From IMG/VR virus record IMGVR_UViG_2529292882_000014, positions 1 to 42,566 of that record: a stretch of DNA of 42,566 bases, one strand, 5' to 3'. Both the position numbers and the translations under genes were made by a program. This DNA comes from a virus. Lineage: Duplodnaviria; Heunggongvirae; Uroviricota; Caudoviricetes. The notes under the pieces were generated by a model. That model made no database searches. It was not told the origin of the DNA and saw nothing but the letters and a program-made list of their open reading frames with translations. Position 1 is the stretch's first letter. Each line of letters opens with the position of its first letter. Shown in pieces: positions 20,314 to 30,650 of the stretch.

Positions 20314-21719
20314 CCGGAGGATGAGGGAACGTATATTTCAGTTTCTTCGCGGACCAATGCCGGGCAATGCATACACATCATCAGCGCATCAGCCAGGTTA
20401 GGAGATGGAATACCGAGCTTCTGCTTCATTTCGACCTTAGTCATTAGCTCCAGCTTCCCGTTGTTATTGAATTTGCGCTGAATCTGCGTCAGTTCTGCAA
20501 ACAGCTTCTCCAGCATCTTCTCGCCTATCGCTTCTTTGTCGAAACTCAGCATGTCGTCGGGGTCTGCATACTCACCGTGAACAACCGCCCGATATGTCAG
20601 ATACAGCCTGTCAGCCAGCGCGTAATAGAATTGCGCTCGCTTATTGCGAAATACATCGCCAATAGTGCGAACGTTGTCGCCCTGTACTACTTCATCAGCC
20701 CATGCTCCGGCCTGATACGGCGCATCTTCATCGAATGGCGATTCGCTGCCCTTGAACATCGTGGCGGTGATTTTCTTGCCGGAGAACGCTTCCGTTGTCT
20801 GTCTGCGTAGCCCGGCACCAACACCATCACCATCCCACAGGTAATGGTCAGCGCCGTCTTCAATCGCCAGCGAAGTAGCCCAGTCAGCACCTTCATTGAT
20901 GTCCATCAGCAGGCCTTCGGCAATGCGCTTAACTACCGAACCGTGGCGCGATGCATAACCTTTAGCATCTGGCCCTGTATCTGATGGGTCATGCGCAGAG
21001 ACAACAGCGCCTTTCGCTTTCCATCCGAGTTTCTTGTGCGCATCGGTAGCAGCTTCAAGCCATTCACGTTTGATGATTGCCATATCACTTGCGCTTACCG
21101 GCTCACCAAGCCAGATGTGACGATACAGTGTCGGATTTCTGCGTTTACACTCTTCCATCTCCAGACGGAGAACTTCAGGAAAGTGCGGATTGTCGGTGTA
21201 GTTCACCGTCAGCAGGCAAATATCATCGGGAGGATTTACGACGAACCGCTGATAGGTATCGTCGAGTATGTTTTTCGGGTTGAAGCTTACCCATATTTCA
21301 GAGAACGGCTTACGGATGGTTGGTATCAGGATATCCCACGATTCCTTCGTTACCGCTTCCGCTTCTTCCACCCAGCAGATATCAATGCCTTCGAGCGATT
21401 TAATCTTCGTCGGGTTGTTTTTGATGCCGTAGAACATGAATTCAGCATTCGTTCCGAGATGACGAATCATGGAACGCTGAATTTCAAACTCGGCCGAATA
21501 CCCTTCCCGCTCTATGGTGTCTTCAAGCAACCGGATTACCGAATCGCTGATACTGTTTTGCAGTTCACGAGCACAGAGGATGCGCACAGGCTGCCGACGC
21601 GCCGCTTCAACAAGCAGTCTCGCAATTGCCCATGATTTACCGCTACCTCGACCGCCTTTGGCGACTTTGTAGCGATGCGCCTCAATGAACGGTTCAAAGA
21701 TAGGATTAATCGAGGTCAT
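20307..21719 (-). CDS. Terminase large subunit (Sf6 gp2-like)
   Basis: 470 aa; Walker A-like KVAKGGRGSGKSWAIA near the N-terminus; nuclease-domain acidic residues in the C-terminal half. Confidence 0.9.
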   Translation of the reverse strand: MTSINPIFEPFIEAHRYKVAKGGRGSGKSWAIARLLVEAARRQPVRILCARELQNSISDSVIRLLEDTIEREGYSAEFEIQRSMIRHLGTNAEFMFYGIKNNPTKIKSLEGIDICWVEEAEAVTKESWDILIPTIRKPFSEIWVSFNPKNILDDTYQRFVVNPPDDICLLTVNYTDNPHFPEVLRLEMEECKRRNPTLYRHIWLGEPVSASDMAIIKREWLEAATDAHKKLGWKAKGAVVSAHDPSDTGPDAKGYASRHGSVVKRIAEGLLMDINEGADWATSLAIEDGADHYLWDGDGVGAGLRRQTTEAFSGKKITATMFKGSESPFDEDAPYQAGAWADEVVQGDNVRTIGDVFRNKRAQFYYALADRLYLTYRAVVHGEYADPDDMLSFDKEAIGEKMLEKLFAELTQIQRKFNNNGKLELMTKVEMKQKLGIPSPNLADALMMCMHCPALVREETEIYVPSSSGW

Positions 21720-22156
21720 TTTCCGAATAGAGTGCTCATCGGTGATGTTTCAATCTGAATTGCGCCGCCGTCTTTGCCTGTTAGCTCGTGATCAACCTTG
21801 TCGCGCCATTTATCCTTCTGTCGGTTCTTAAGCCAGAAGATGGCGGCGGTTGTATCAGGCGGGTAATACTTCTCAAGCGGAGTTTCGACAATTCTGTTTT
21901 CAATAACACGAATATCGATGTCTGGAGCCACAAAGCCCATAGCGCGTTGATAAAGACGGTCACTAACTTCTGCATCAGCGACGGCCTTACCCTTTTTTAT
22001 GGACTCCGAAAACTTAGGATAATCAAGCTTCCACTTGTTAATAGTTGACTCACTGACTTCAAAGAAATCAGCAAGTTCTGCATCGGTGTAGCCCAGCAAG
22101 CACAGTTTGCGTGCCTGTTCGGCATACGCCTCTTGATACTTTGTTGGGCGCGCCAT
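21716..22156 (-). CDS. Terminase small subunit (Sf6 gp1-like)
   Basis: 146 aa; N-terminal HTH-like segment; C-terminus ELTGKDGGAIQIETSPMSTLFGK resembles Sf6 gp1; overlaps TerL start. Confidence 0.8.
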   Translation of the reverse strand: MARPTKYQEAYAEQARKLCLLGYTDAELADFFEVSESTINKWKLDYPKFSESIKKGKAVADAEVSDRLYQRAMGFVAPDIDIRVIENRIVETPLEKYYPPDTTAAIFWLKNRQKDKWRDKVDHELTGKDGGAIQIETSPMSTLFGK

Positions 22157-22158
22157 GT

Positions 22159-22401
22159 TTATGCTCCGGTAGTGAACAGGTCTAACGCTTCCTTCGATTT
22201 ACGCACCGCTTCGAATGTGCGGATCGTGATATCTGAATTAGCGCCGCCTGACTGGAAGTGAATTTTGAATAGCTCAAGCTTCAGCTCGTCAGTGCCAATG
22301 AACTGAAATGCTTCTTCTGCGGCTGCGTTCTGGTTCATGACCAGTTTGTAAATCTCTAACTGGAATTTCTGTTCTTCAGTCATGGGAATAATCTCTGCCA
22401 T
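22159..22401 (-). CDS. Hypothetical protein
   Basis: 80-aa ORF immediately upstream of terS on the same strand. Confidence 0.45.
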   Translation of the reverse strand: MAEIIPMTEEQKFQLEIYKLVMNQNAAAEEAFQFIGTDELKLELFKIHFQSGGANSDITIRTFEAVRKSKEALDLFTTGA

Positions 22402-22504
22402 TGTTGGCTCCGTTTATCCGTTAAAAGGGATATCAGTTAAGTTATCCCGTGTAGGGTATAAGCCATTATCAAAGCCACTCTGTAGGGAATGGCTTTTGTA
22501 ATAA

Positions 22505-22885
22505 CTACTGTTCGCTTAGCTTCTGCTTCAGCAAGTAACCTTCGAGCATCCAGATTTTGTTTACAGCATTTTGCCGGGCAATCTTCCGACCAATTTCTGC
22601 ATCAAAGTTTTCCGGGCTTGCACAGGCACTCTCTCCGGTGACGGTGAAGCCATTCTTCAGCACCAGTACGCAGAAAGTGAGCAAATTCAATGGTGATAAA
22701 TCACGATCGCCTTCTTCTGGTTTTTCCCTGCCACAATATTCGTTGCTGGAAATGGCACCATTACGTCCATCATAAGCAGTAAAGTAATGCTCGCTTTTAA
22801 TCACGTCTTCGATGTGCTGCGGAGTGATTCTCGGAGCGGTTTTGCCTTTCTCAACGATTTCTTTTTCGATTTGCTGGTCGTTCAT
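22505..22885 (-). CDS. Hypothetical protein, possibly phage gp49/66-family
   Basis: 126 aa; family assignment from memory of motif GFTVTGESACASPENFD...IW.LEGY only. Confidence 0.45.
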   Translation of the reverse strand: MNDQQIEKEIVEKGKTAPRITPQHIEDVIKSEHYFTAYDGRNGAISSNEYCGREKPEEGDRDLSPLNLLTFCVLVLKNGFTVTGESACASPENFDAEIGRKIARQNAVNKIWMLEGYLLKQKLSEQ

Positions 22886-23116
22886 AATTATGACCCTGTG
22901 GAGTGGTTGCTTGATTAGGATGTCTTTCCATCAGTCCGCCACCACAAAGAATCTTTTTTGCCATAAGGCAGGAGGTTCATCTTTCAGTGGCTGCCAGTGT
23001 TATTTCCCCACTTACTGGCTTGGGTTGTTTCGCTGTACTGCCGTTAATTAGTGACCAGAAATTAACTCCGGTTTCATTATCAAGCCCACCCGTAGATAGG
23101 CTTTGTAATGACATCT

Positions 23117-23641
23117 TCAATTAATCAGCAGTTCAGGCTGTGTCACCTGCAAGATGTATTCATGCTCGACAGCCAGGACACGCTTCTCTTTCTTCCGTTC
23201 GTTCATTAACCGACTGCCGATCGTACCTTTCAGCTTTGAGCGTGTTTCTTTGATGGCGTAGCGGTGCTGCATTTCTTCGCCAATTGCCATGCGGCGGCTC
23301 AGTTGCTCTGCCATCCAGTTGAATGCTGCGATATAGCCCTCCTTGATTGCCGCAGCAGCTTTCCCGGTGAACCCCATCACAACCATGATCCAGCCATCTT
23401 TCGTCAGGCTGTACATCGGGCGAACCTTACCCTGCTCATCGATATAATCAGCCGACGCAAAATTGCGTTGGCTAAACTCACTCGAGCAATCAGCCTTAAC
23501 CTGCTCGATTTTCCTGAGAACATCACCGTGTCGCTTGCCGAAGTACTTGGCAATTTTTCTGGATGTGGTAACGACCTCTCCGTTTTTGGCTTGCACCATT
23601 TCTCGGAAGTCGAAGGCTGGAATAACTGAATGATTATTCAT
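23117..23641 (-). CDS. rha: Rha-family phage regulatory protein
   Basis: 174 aa; N-terminal region with TSRKIAKYFGKRHGDVLRKIE typical of the Rha/ORF6N fold. Confidence 0.75.
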   Translation of the reverse strand: MNNHSVIPAFDFREMVQAKNGEVVTTSRKIAKYFGKRHGDVLRKIEQVKADCSSEFSQRNFASADYIDEQGKVRPMYSLTKDGWIMVVMGFTGKAAAAIKEGYIAAFNWMAEQLSRRMAIGEEMQHRYAIKETRSKLKGTIGSRLMNERKKEKRVLAVEHEYILQVTQPELLIN

Positions 23642-23986
23642 AGCGTCTTACCTTTTAGAAAGATGAGCCTGTTCGCACAGAAAAGCCGCCCCGAGATGGT
23701 CGCCACCATATACGGCAGTTCTCAGGCTCAGCTTTCTGAAAGACTCGGGATTGTTACGCGCTGCGATGCGCGGTTTACTGCAGATGTAAAAAAGCCCCGC
23801 AAATGCGAGGCTAAATCTTGGTATTTGTAATGAACTGGCTCTTATCTCAACGCAGCCCCTTACCGCGCGCAAGATGCTCAATATCAAGCATCAGCAATGA
23901 GATGTTTAATCTGGATTCACTCCAGAAGTGATCACCACCCTGTCTACAGAGCCAGATGTGAAGGATGATGAGTAAAATTATCGCTA

Positions 23987-24445
23987 TCATCGAAGGCATT
24001 GCGTCCTGATGTATTCCTGCAGGTAGTTAACCTGCGCGGTTATCCTGTCGATTCCACTTCGGAGACGGTAATAATTGAGTTCAGCATCTGCTGTAAGTCT
24101 TGGGCTTTCTCCATCGCCCATGCTGCTGGCTCCGGTCGTTGACTTTGCACAGGTGGCGGCGACTTGCAGGCGCTTACGACCAGCAGAAACATCAGCACGG
24201 AGACTTTCGATAGTCGCGTTAGCATCAGCAAGCTCCTTTGTGTATCTGGCGTCAAGTTCTGCTACATCACGTTGACGCTTCTGCATGTCAGTAATTGCCG
24301 CGTTCGCCAGCTTCAGTTCTCTGGCATTTTTGTCGCGCTGGGCTTTGTAGGTAATGGCGTTATCACGGTAATGATTAACAGCCCATGACAGGCAGACGAT
24401 GATGCAGATAACCAGAGCGGAGATAATCGCGGTTACTCTGCTCAT
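23987..24445 (-). CDS. Rz: Spanin, inner-membrane subunit (Rz)
   Basis: [55 protein letters not shown] closely resembles lambda Rz; N-terminal TM then coiled coil. Confidence 0.9.
   Translation of the reverse strand: MSRVTAIISALVICIIVCLSWAVNHYRDNAITYKAQRDKNARELKLANAAITDMQKRQRDVAELDARYTKELADANATIESLRADVSAGRKRLQVAATCAKSTTGASSMGDGESPRLTADAELNYYRLRSGIDRITAQVNYLQEYIRTQCLR
24040..24225 (-). CDS. Rz1: Spanin, outer-membrane lipoprotein subunit (Rz1), embedded in Rz in a different frame
   Basis: Embedded ORF with lipoprotein signal [20 protein letters not shown] and a Pro-rich mature part; start choice uncertain. Confidence 0.65.
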   Translation of the reverse strand: MLTRLSKVSVLMFLLVVSACKSPPPVQSQRPEPAAWAMEKAQDLQQMLNSIITVSEVESTG

Positions 24446-24945
24446 TGCTGCCCCCACAAACAGACTTCACGCTCAATCTCACGGCGAGTCATCAGGCCTT
24501 TCCATTGCTTACCGCCAGCGTATGTCCAGCGACGTAGCTGGTCACATGCGCCTTTGATATCCCCCTGGTTTATTTTGCGAAGAAGCGTCGATGTTCTGAA
24601 ATTGCCAGCGCCCACGTTGTAAACGAACGAGTAAAGAGCGCCGCGCGTTGTTTCCGGTATATCGACTTTGATGTACGGGTTAATTTGTCTGGCGACCGTA
24701 GCAAGGTCTTTATTCAGGAGGGCTTTGCATTCTGCTTCGGTATACGTTTTACCGAGCATGATGTCTTTTCCGGTGTGTCCGTGACATACAGTCCATACAC
24801 CAACAATATCTTTGTATGGTATGTAGCTGACACCTTCCAGACCATCGTTACCACTTGGTCCAGTGATTAACACAGATGCTATAGCAATAGCCCCGCCACT
24901 TATCGCCGCTATTACGCTATTTCGTAGTGCCGGTGACATTGCCAT
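24442..24945 (-). CDS. SAR endolysin (GH24 lysozyme with N-terminal signal-anchor-release domain)
   Basis: 167 aa; Gly/Ala-rich weakly hydrophobic N-terminus ([17 protein letters not shown]) followed by E-x8-D-x5-T lysozyme catalytic region ([16 protein letters not shown]). Confidence 0.85.
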   Translation of the reverse strand: MAMSPALRNSVIAAISGGAIAIASVLITGPSGNDGLEGVSYIPYKDIVGVWTVCHGHTGKDIMLGKTYTEAECKALLNKDLATVARQINPYIKVDIPETTRGALYSFVYNVGAGNFRTSTLLRKINQGDIKGACDQLRRWTYAGGKQWKGLMTRREIEREVCLWGQQ

Positions 24946-25120
24946 TCAATCTGTCCTCGCGCTCTTTGCGCTTGTAGTACCAGTTGATGCCAAATGTGCC
25001 GACAGTACAAAGAATACCAATGATGACAGCCCAGTCATTCAGGGAGAGAATGCCACCCATCGCAGTCAGTCCTCCGAAGCTGTAACTGAACCATTCTCTG
25101 ATTTTGTCCATACGGTACAT
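24917..25120 (-). CDS. Holin (probable pinholin) with dual-start motif
   Basis: 67 aa, MYRMDKI... (Met1 and Met4), two hydrophobic segments, charged C-terminus; overlaps the SAR endolysin start. Confidence 0.75.
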   Translation of the reverse strand: MYRMDKIREWFSYSFGGLTAMGGILSLNDWAVIIGILCTVGTFGINWYYKRKEREDRLNGNVTGTTK

Positions 25121-25239
25121 GCTCTACCCCTTCATTGAGGGGATTTGCTCTATTTAATTAGGAATAAGGTCGGTTACTGATAGAACAAATCCAGGCTACT
25201 GTGTTTAGTAATCAGATTTGTTCGTGACCGATATGCACG

Positions 25240-25277
25240 GGCAAAACGGCATGAGGTTGTTAGCGCAACCTCTTGCC
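25240..25277 (-). terminator. tR'-like terminator ending the late leader (6S-like RNA)
   Basis: Minus strand GGCAAGAGGTTGCGCTAACAACCTCATGCC followed by GTTTTGCCC; matches lambda tR' as recalled. Confidence 0.55.
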
Positions 25278-25410
25278 ACCCGCTTTCACGAAGCCAGCCA
25301 TTGCGCTGGTTTTCTTTTATGCAAAGCACACCGCACCGTAGCCACAGCGGATAAGGTGATTATTTTTGTCTGTCTGGTATTTGGTTTGATGTGCTTTCAT
25401 AAAGGTCGTG

Positions 25411-25447
25411 ATTAAAACGCAAAAAGCCCCGAGCTATTAACTCAGGG
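25411..25447 (-). terminator. Additional promoter-proximal hairpin with U-run in the late leader
   Basis: Minus strand AGCCCTGAG / CTCGGGGCT stem followed by TTTTGCGTTTT. Confidence 0.35.
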
Positions 25448-25479
25448 CTTTATTTAACGAGTGCATTTATCCATCGTTG

Positions 25480-25515
25480 GGTCAAATTTACCCAACTTTA
25501 TTCAAAAAGTCAATA
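25480..25515 (-). promoter_or_regulatory. Late promoter PR' (with Q-utilisation region immediately downstream)
   Basis: Minus strand TTGACT, 17 nt, TAAATT just downstream of Q; resembles lambda PR' as recalled. Confidence 0.55.
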
Positions 25516-25555
25516 TCATGCCGTTAATATGTTGTCATCCGTGGCAATCATGCTG

Positions 25556-26179
25556 CTAACGTGTGACCGCATTCAAAATATTGTCTGCGATTGACTCTTC
25601 CTTGTGGCATTGCACCACTAGAGCGTCATACAGCGGCTTAACAGTGCGTGACCAGGTGGGTTGGGTAAGGTTTGGGATTAGCATCGTTACAGCGCGATAT
25701 GCGGCGCTTGCTGGCATTCTTGAATAGCCGACACCTTTGCATCTTCCGCAATCTTTCTCAACAACTCTCCCCCACTGCTCCGTTTTGGCTATATCAACCG
25801 CACGGCCTGTACCGTGACAATCTCTGCATCTTGCACCCGGCGTCGCGGCACTACGGCAATAATCCGCATAAGCGAATGTTGCGAGCACTTGCAGTACCTT
25901 TGTCTTAGTATTTCCTTCAAGCTTTGCCACACCACGGTATTTCCCCGATACCTTGTGTGCAAATTGCATCAGATAGTTGATAGCCTTTTGTTTGTCGTTC
26001 TGGCTGAGTTCATGTTTACCACAGAATGCAGCCATTCCGAATCCGGCTTGTGATTGCGCCATCCCCATAGCAGCCATCACATCAGTACCGGAAAGAGAGT
26101 CAGAAGCCGTGGCCCGTGGTGAGTCACTCATCATCGGGCTTTTTGGCGAATGAAATTTAGCTACGCTTTCGAGTCTCAT
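25556..26179 (-). CDS. Q: Late antiterminator Q (lambda type)
   Basis: 207 aa, [34 protein letters not shown]..., near-identical to lambda Q as recalled. Confidence 0.9.
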   Translation of the reverse strand: MRLESVAKFHSPKSPMMSDSPRATASDSLSGTDVMAAMGMAQSQAGFGMAAFCGKHELSQNDKQKAINYLMQFAHKVSGKYRGVAKLEGNTKTKVLQVLATFAYADYCRSAATPGARCRDCHGTGRAVDIAKTEQWGRVVEKDCGRCKGVGYSRMPASAAYRAVTMLIPNLTQPTWSRTVKPLYDALVVQCHKEESIADNILNAVTR

Positions 26180-26841
26180 GCGCCTTCTCCCTGTACCTGA
26201 ATCAATGTGAGGTTTCCGCAGAACACTGCGCCGGTATCGATATACATCTGGTTGGCAAACTTGAGTGGTTTCACTGCTGGCGTATGACCAAAGATGAACG
26301 TGTCCGCTCCTTTGATTTCTTTTACGATCCCGTCTTGTGAGTTGCTGATTCGTTCGCGGTTCCAGATTACCTGCTGATGATCAACTGGCTTTCCAAACTC
26401 GTATTCGTCACAAGGATAATCGGCGTGGCAGATGACATATTTTTTACCTTTGCTCACCAGTTCAATGATTAACGGAAGTTCATCTGCTTTATGGGCAAGA
26501 GCTTTAGCCAGAATTTCTTTGTCGTAATCGAGATTAAAGAACCAGCCACCGCCATTAAGCAGCCAGTGATTGACGTTTCCACGCTCTGATAAGCCATCAA
26601 TCATCATTTGCTCATGGTTTCCACGTACAGCTCGGAACCAGGGGAATGTGATTAATTCCAGACATTCGACGTTCTCTGTACCGAGATCGACCAAATCGCC
26701 AACCGAGATAAGCAGGTCTTTTTTGGTGTCGAATCCAATCGTCTCCAGTTTTTTCATCAGGTTCGTGTAGCATCCGTGCAGATCGCCAACTACCCAAATA
26801 TTTCGGTATTTGCTGCCATCAATTCTTTCGTAATAGCGCAT
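26176..26841 (-). CDS. ninI: Ser/Thr protein phosphatase (NinI / lambda PPase-like)
   Basis: 221 aa from [25 protein letters not shown]; metallophosphatase motifs GDLHG, GDLVD, GNHE. Confidence 0.85.
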   Translation of the reverse strand: MRYYERIDGSKYRNIWVVGDLHGCYTNLMKKLETIGFDTKKDLLISVGDLVDLGTENVECLELITFPWFRAVRGNHEQMMIDGLSERGNVNHWLLNGGGWFFNLDYDKEILAKALAHKADELPLIIELVSKGKKYVICHADYPCDEYEFGKPVDHQQVIWNRERISNSQDGIVKEIKGADTFIFGHTPAVKPLKFANQMYIDTGAVFCGNLTLIQVQGEGA

Positions 26842-27025
26842 CTCTTTCACTCCATCCGCGATGAACCATAAGAACGTCGTTGACGATGGCGTGCATTTTC
26901 CCGTCTTTATCATCAACGTATTTTCTGACCGTACCGCGACTACATTTCAGTCTGCGTGCTACTTCTGTCTGGTTTCCGTATGCTTCAACGAGCATGTCTG
27001 GAATGGTTTTTACTGAGAACGTCAT
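26819..27025 (-). CDS. ninH: NinH
   Basis: 68 aa [37 protein letters not shown]..., matches lambda NinH as recalled. Confidence 0.8.
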   Translation of the reverse strand: MTFSVKTIPDMLVEAYGNQTEVARRLKCSRGTVRKYVDDKDGKMHAIVNDVLMVHRGWSERDALLRKN

Positions 27026-27633
27026 GCGGCCTCACTTCTGCTGTTTCGCAGGTCTTTGAGTTTCTGCTGATACTCCGCCTTGATGGCCCTGCACTCTTCG
27101 ACAGTCCAGCGATGGCGGTTATGGTTTGATTCGATTTCGTCTACTGCTTCCTGCCCAATGCGATTAATCAGTTCGACGCGATACGGAACGAGATTTCCGC
27201 TTTTGTGCTGGTTGCACACCACGCATTGCTTGTGAATATTGCGTTCATCAAATCGGAGTTGAGGTGCCGCAGCAGTTGTCCGGTAATGCCCGGCATCCCA
27301 CTGAGCAGACGTGAGCGTTCCGCACGAGATACATGGTAAGTCGCGGTCTCTTTCTCTGATGAAGGCGTTTACGGCTTGTTGGGCTTGTTTAATCCAGTAA
27401 CTGCGGGGCTTTAAGGCGAGTTTTCGAATCTTAAGTTTATCTTTCTGTTTCTGCTCCTCTCGTCGTCGTTTCTTCTCTGCTGCCTTTTCCGCTTTTTCGC
27501 GTTCTTTGCTTCGTCGTTCGAGTGCTATCTTGGTTCCACACTCTGGAGAGCACCACCACTGATTAGCGAATGCAGGGTGAAACCATTCCCGACATTCTTC
27601 GTTTTTACATCGTCTTCGCGCTGGTTTAGCCAT
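27022..27633 (-). CDS. ninG: NinG (Rap) recombination-associated protein
   Basis: 203 aa, Cys-rich, basic; conserved position in the nin region. Confidence 0.8.
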   Translation of the reverse strand: MAKPARRRCKNEECREWFHPAFANQWWCSPECGTKIALERRSKEREKAEKAAEKKRRREEQKQKDKLKIRKLALKPRSYWIKQAQQAVNAFIRERDRDLPCISCGTLTSAQWDAGHYRTTAAAPQLRFDERNIHKQCVVCNQHKSGNLVPYRVELINRIGQEAVDEIESNHNRHRWTVEECRAIKAEYQQKLKDLRNSRSEAA

Positions 27634-27802
27634 CGTCTTCTTCCTCGTACATTGAGCTATTCGGATCGCTCATCAGTTCTGCGCAGCAATCGGAGCACAC
27701 GTGAACTTCAAGCACATGCAGCTTCTGACCGCAGTTAGCGCACGTTAAAGCTCGCTCGACGCTTTCTTTCTGGTATTGAAGGGATTGGGATGGGCTAAGC
27801 AT
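27626..27802 (-). CDS. ninF: NinF
   Basis: 58-aa ORF found by manual translation ([36 protein letters not shown]...), overlaps ninG start; below the ORF-track size cutoff. Confidence 0.6.
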   Translation of the reverse strand: MLSPSQSLQYQKESVERALTCANCGQKLHVLEVHVCSDCCAELMSDPNSSMYEEEDDG

Positions 27803-28167
27803 TATTGGATTCTCTGCATCATGAGAAAGACAATCATGGCGGCGCGGAGGGGATTTTCATGTATAGCTCGCTTAGATTTACAGTAGGCCACACCGCGTGC
27901 ACCCCACTCGTCTTCATCGAGATTGATAATGCTAATCCTGTATTTTTCAATAATCGGCCATGCGTCTGCTGGGTTTGCGCATGGGTTAAAGGATCCGCGC
28001 TCAACTTCTACTTCAACTGCGTCTCCGTTTACAATGTCTCCCTCAAATGAGACAAACACCATATCGCCATTCTCACCTTCTTTGTAATCCGGTGATCCGT
28101 TATGAATGGCTTCGAATACCGCCACGTTAATTTCAAAATCACTTAACTGTGAATAATCCATTGTCAT
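27802..28167 (-). CDS. Nin-region protein (NinX position)
   Basis: 121 aa from the internal Met ([14 protein letters not shown]...) with GAGGAA SD; lies between ninE and ninF. Confidence 0.55.
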   Translation of the reverse strand: MTMDYSQLSDFEINVAVFEAIHNGSPDYKEGENGDMVFVSFEGDIVNGDAVEVEVERGSFNPCANPADAWPIIEKYRISIINLDEDEWGARGVAYCKSKRAIHENPLRAAMIVFLMMQRIQ

Positions 28168-28340
28168 TTCCTCGCACGATGTCTTAGCCACCGGATATCC
28201 CACAGGTGAGCCGTGTAGTTGAAGGTTTTTACGTCAGATTCTTTTGGGATTGGCTTGCGTTTATTTCTGGAGCGTTTCGTTGGAAGGTATTTGCAGTTTT
28301 CGCAGATGATGTCGGTGAAACTTCGTCGCTGTCGTCTCAT
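28164..28340 (-). CDS. ninE: NinE
   Basis: 58-aa ORF found by manual translation ([51 protein letters not shown]...), ATGA overlap with ninB stop. Confidence 0.65.
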   Translation of the reverse strand: MRRQRRSFTDIICENCKYLPTKRSRNKRKPIPKESDVKTFNYTAHLWDIRWLRHRARK

Positions 28341-28747
28341 TCGTACCTCCTGTCGGTAAATCTGACACCCTGACCAATAGCCCAGGCTGTTGTGTACTCG
28401 ATCAGACTTGCCATACGCTTCACGCTCATCTGCGCGCTGCTTTCGCGAATGTTGACGTATTCGCCTTCAAGGCCGGGCAAAACATCAGCTTCCTGCTTTG
28501 TTGCCACTGCATGACCGCTGATCAACAAAACCTTCCATTGTTCCGGTTTTAACAATTTGCCGCACCATTGAACCTGACGTGCGATATCCGCCAGCATCGC
28601 GTGAAATTTTGCGTTCTGGTCAAGGTTGCGCTTGTAGTCAGTAATGCGGATGGTAACTGGCTTGTCTTTATCGAGTGGTGTTGCGAGGATGGCGTTGATT
28701 GCGGCTTGCTGTTGTTGCTTACTCCTGAGGAAAATTGTCTGTTTCAT
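28337..28747 (-). CDS. ninB: NinB (Orf-family recombination mediator)
   Basis: 136 aa; pattern ...[27 protein letters not shown]... parallels lambda NinB. Confidence 0.8.
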   Translation of the reverse strand: MKQTIFLRSKQQQQAAINAILATPLDKDKPVTIRITDYKRNLDQNAKFHAMLADIARQVQWCGKLLKPEQWKVLLISGHAVATKQEADVLPGLEGEYVNIRESSAQMSVKRMASLIEYTTAWAIGQGVRFTDRRYE

Positions 28748-28755
28748 GGAATTCC

Positions 28756-28968
28756 TCAGTATGCGTAAAGGCTGTATCCATTTTTATTTGGCCTGGTGCC
28801 ATAGCCATATAGGCTCCAGCCATCCTGTTTTCTCTCACCAAAAATATGCTTGCGGTATTCTTCCTGCTGGCGTCCCCATATTTCCATCATGTCTGGCTGG
28901 TTCTTTTCTCGCATTTTTCGGATCTGCTCAAGGATGAACTCTATTTGCTGCTGATTTGTCATGCTCAC
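28756..28968 (-). CDS. Hypothetical nin-region protein
   Basis: 70-aa ORF in the operon between helicase and ninB. Confidence 0.45.
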   Translation of the reverse strand: MSMTNQQQIEFILEQIRKMREKNQPDMMEIWGRQQEEYRKHIFGERKQDGWSLYGYGTRPNKNGYSLYAY

Positions 28969-28972
28969 TCCT

Positions 28973-29188
28973 TCACTTTAAATCCAGGTTCCGGATAATT
29001 CTGTCACACTGAAAATCAGTATCGATTTTAACCAACCGGCGAAGAACGCGGTCACGCGGATAGCTCCGTGGCTTAGGGGCGTTTTTCTGTCTCTCGCCAG
29101 TCGGAAGTCTGGAAGCAGACCAGTACCGCTTTGCACGACCAATGTTCTCCTGAAAGTCGGCGCGGACAAGCTCAGCTATCGTACTCAT
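28973..29188 (-). CDS. Hypothetical nin-region protein (NinA position)
   Basis: 71-aa ORF; overlaps a second ORF (28978..29169) in another frame; this frame chosen because its start is translationally coupled to the upstream small peptide. Confidence 0.45.
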   Translation of the reverse strand: MSTIAELVRADFQENIGRAKRYWSASRLPTGERQKNAPKPRSYPRDRVLRRLVKIDTDFQCDRIIRNLDLK

Positions 29189-29277
29189 TTCTTAAAGCCT
29201 CCAATTACTCTCCCCCAAATAAAAAGGCCTGCGATTACCAGCAGACCAGTTATTAGCTCAGTGATGTAGATGGTCAT
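29185..29277 (-). CDS. Possible 30-aa hydrophobic peptide
   Basis: Manual translation [30 protein letters not shown]; ATGA overlap with helicase stop, stop overlaps next start, AAGGGG SD. Confidence 0.25.
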   Translation of the reverse strand: MTIYITELITGLLVIAGLFIWGRVIGGFKK

Positions 29278-30650
29278 ACGTCAGCCCCTTGTGCATATCG
29301 CCTGCCACGTGCAGCGGGTGCATTTGATGCTGTGCAAATCTGTCTGGCTTCATCCTGGTCACATGCAACAAAGTGTCCGTTGCAGAACCGCTGGTAAACC
29401 GTACCAAGCGAGCCAAAACGGTTTTTCGTCACGATGATTTCAGCAAATGGCGCGGAGCTACTGTTCTCGTCATATACCGCTTCCCGATAGAGCATGATGA
29501 TTGAGTCTGCGTCCTGTTCAATGCTTCCTGAATCACGCAAATCTGCGTTTGTCGGGCGTTTGTTTGGTCGCTTCTCAACATCTCGCGAAAGCTGACTTAG
29601 GGAGATAACAGGCGTTTTCAGGTCTTTCGCCATCGCCTTCAGGCTTCTGGAGATGTGAGCAATTGCGAGGTCGTTGCGATCTGCTTTCGGCTTCTCAATC
29701 AGGCCAAGATAATCCGCCATGATGAGTGACAGGTTTGGATTTTCCTGTTTGTGCCGCTCTGCGATTGAGCGTATTTCTTCGACCGATAACCGCGAGGCAT
29801 CGACTACCCATACATCCAAATCTGCAAGCTGACTCATGCCGTTAGCAACACGCGCCCAGCCTTCGTCATCCATCGATGCAGGATTTCGCAGTACGCTAAC
29901 CGACATCCTCCCGGCGTTGGCAATGCTTCGCTCTGCAATCTGCAATGCGCTCATTTCCATTGAGAAAATCAATACCCCGCGCCGGACGTCAGAACCAGGA
30001 ATAACGCGGCTTGCAACGCCTTCGGCAATCTTCAGCGCCAGTTCGGTTTTCCCCATACCAGGACGAGCGGCGATTATCACAAGGTCTTCCGCGTTCATCC
30101 CTCCGGTGATAGCGTCAAGTTCTTCGATTCCGGTCTTCAGGGTATCTGACTCTTCTCCGTTCCTCAGACGCCTGTCAAGCGTGTCAGTGTAGTCAGTGAT
30201 GATTTCCCCTAACCGTACAGGTTTAACCTCGTCACGGGGCTTTCTGATGGCTGAAAGACGCTTTACAAGCTCGTCCATCGCCTGACTCGATGTATCGATG
30301 GTTCCGCTCTGAATTGGTTCACGCATTTCATCCATGATTTCCAGCACCAGACGGCGGTGATAGTTATCCGCGACCATTCCGGCATATCCCTTCAGGTTTG
30401 CGGCGCTCGGGCAGTTTTTGCTGGTCATCAGGATTGACGTGAAATGCTCCTCTCCGCACGCCTCGGCAACCATCAGCGCGTCGATTAGGTTTCTGTTTCG
30501 CGCCTGCTTGCGGATAACCTCGAAGGCTTTCCGGTAGAGCGGAATTGAAAACGCTTCCGGCTCCAGCGTTGCCAGAACGTCACTGGCAGTTGGAGTTAAT
30601 CCACCAATCAGCAGGCCACCGATAACGCTCGCTTCGATATCCTGTTTCAT
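29274..30650 (-). CDS. Replicative DNA helicase (DnaB-like, P22 gene 12 type)
   Basis: 458 aa; Walker A GMGKTE, DnaB-like C-terminal RecA-fold motifs. Confidence 0.9.
   Translation of the reverse strand: MKQDIEASVIGGLLIGGLTPTASDVLATLEPEAFSIPLYRKAFEVIRKQARNRNLIDALMVAEACGEEHFTSILMTSKNCPSAANLKGYAGMVADNYHRRLVLEIMDEMREPIQSGTIDTSSQAMDELVKRLSAIRKPRDEVKPVRLGEIITDYTDTLDRRLRNGEESDTLKTGIEELDAITGGMNAEDLVIIAARPGMGKTELALKIAEGVASRVIPGSDVRRGVLIFSMEMSALQIAERSIANAGRMSVSVLRNPASMDDEGWARVANGMSQLADLDVWVVDASRLSVEEIRSIAERHKQENPNLSLIMADYLGLIEKPKADRNDLAIAHISRSLKAMAKDLKTPVISLSQLSRDVEKRPNKRPTNADLRDSGSIEQDADSIIMLYREAVYDENSSSAPFAEIIVTKNRFGSLGTVYQRFCNGHFVACDQDEARQICTASNAPAARGRRYAQGADV

Noticed and set aside
23630-23887. 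Two overlapping ORFs of 66 and 79 aa in the gap between Rz and rha
   Set aside because: Overlapping opposite-strand ORFs with no ribosome-binding sites and no recognisable features; the region is more likely regulatory.
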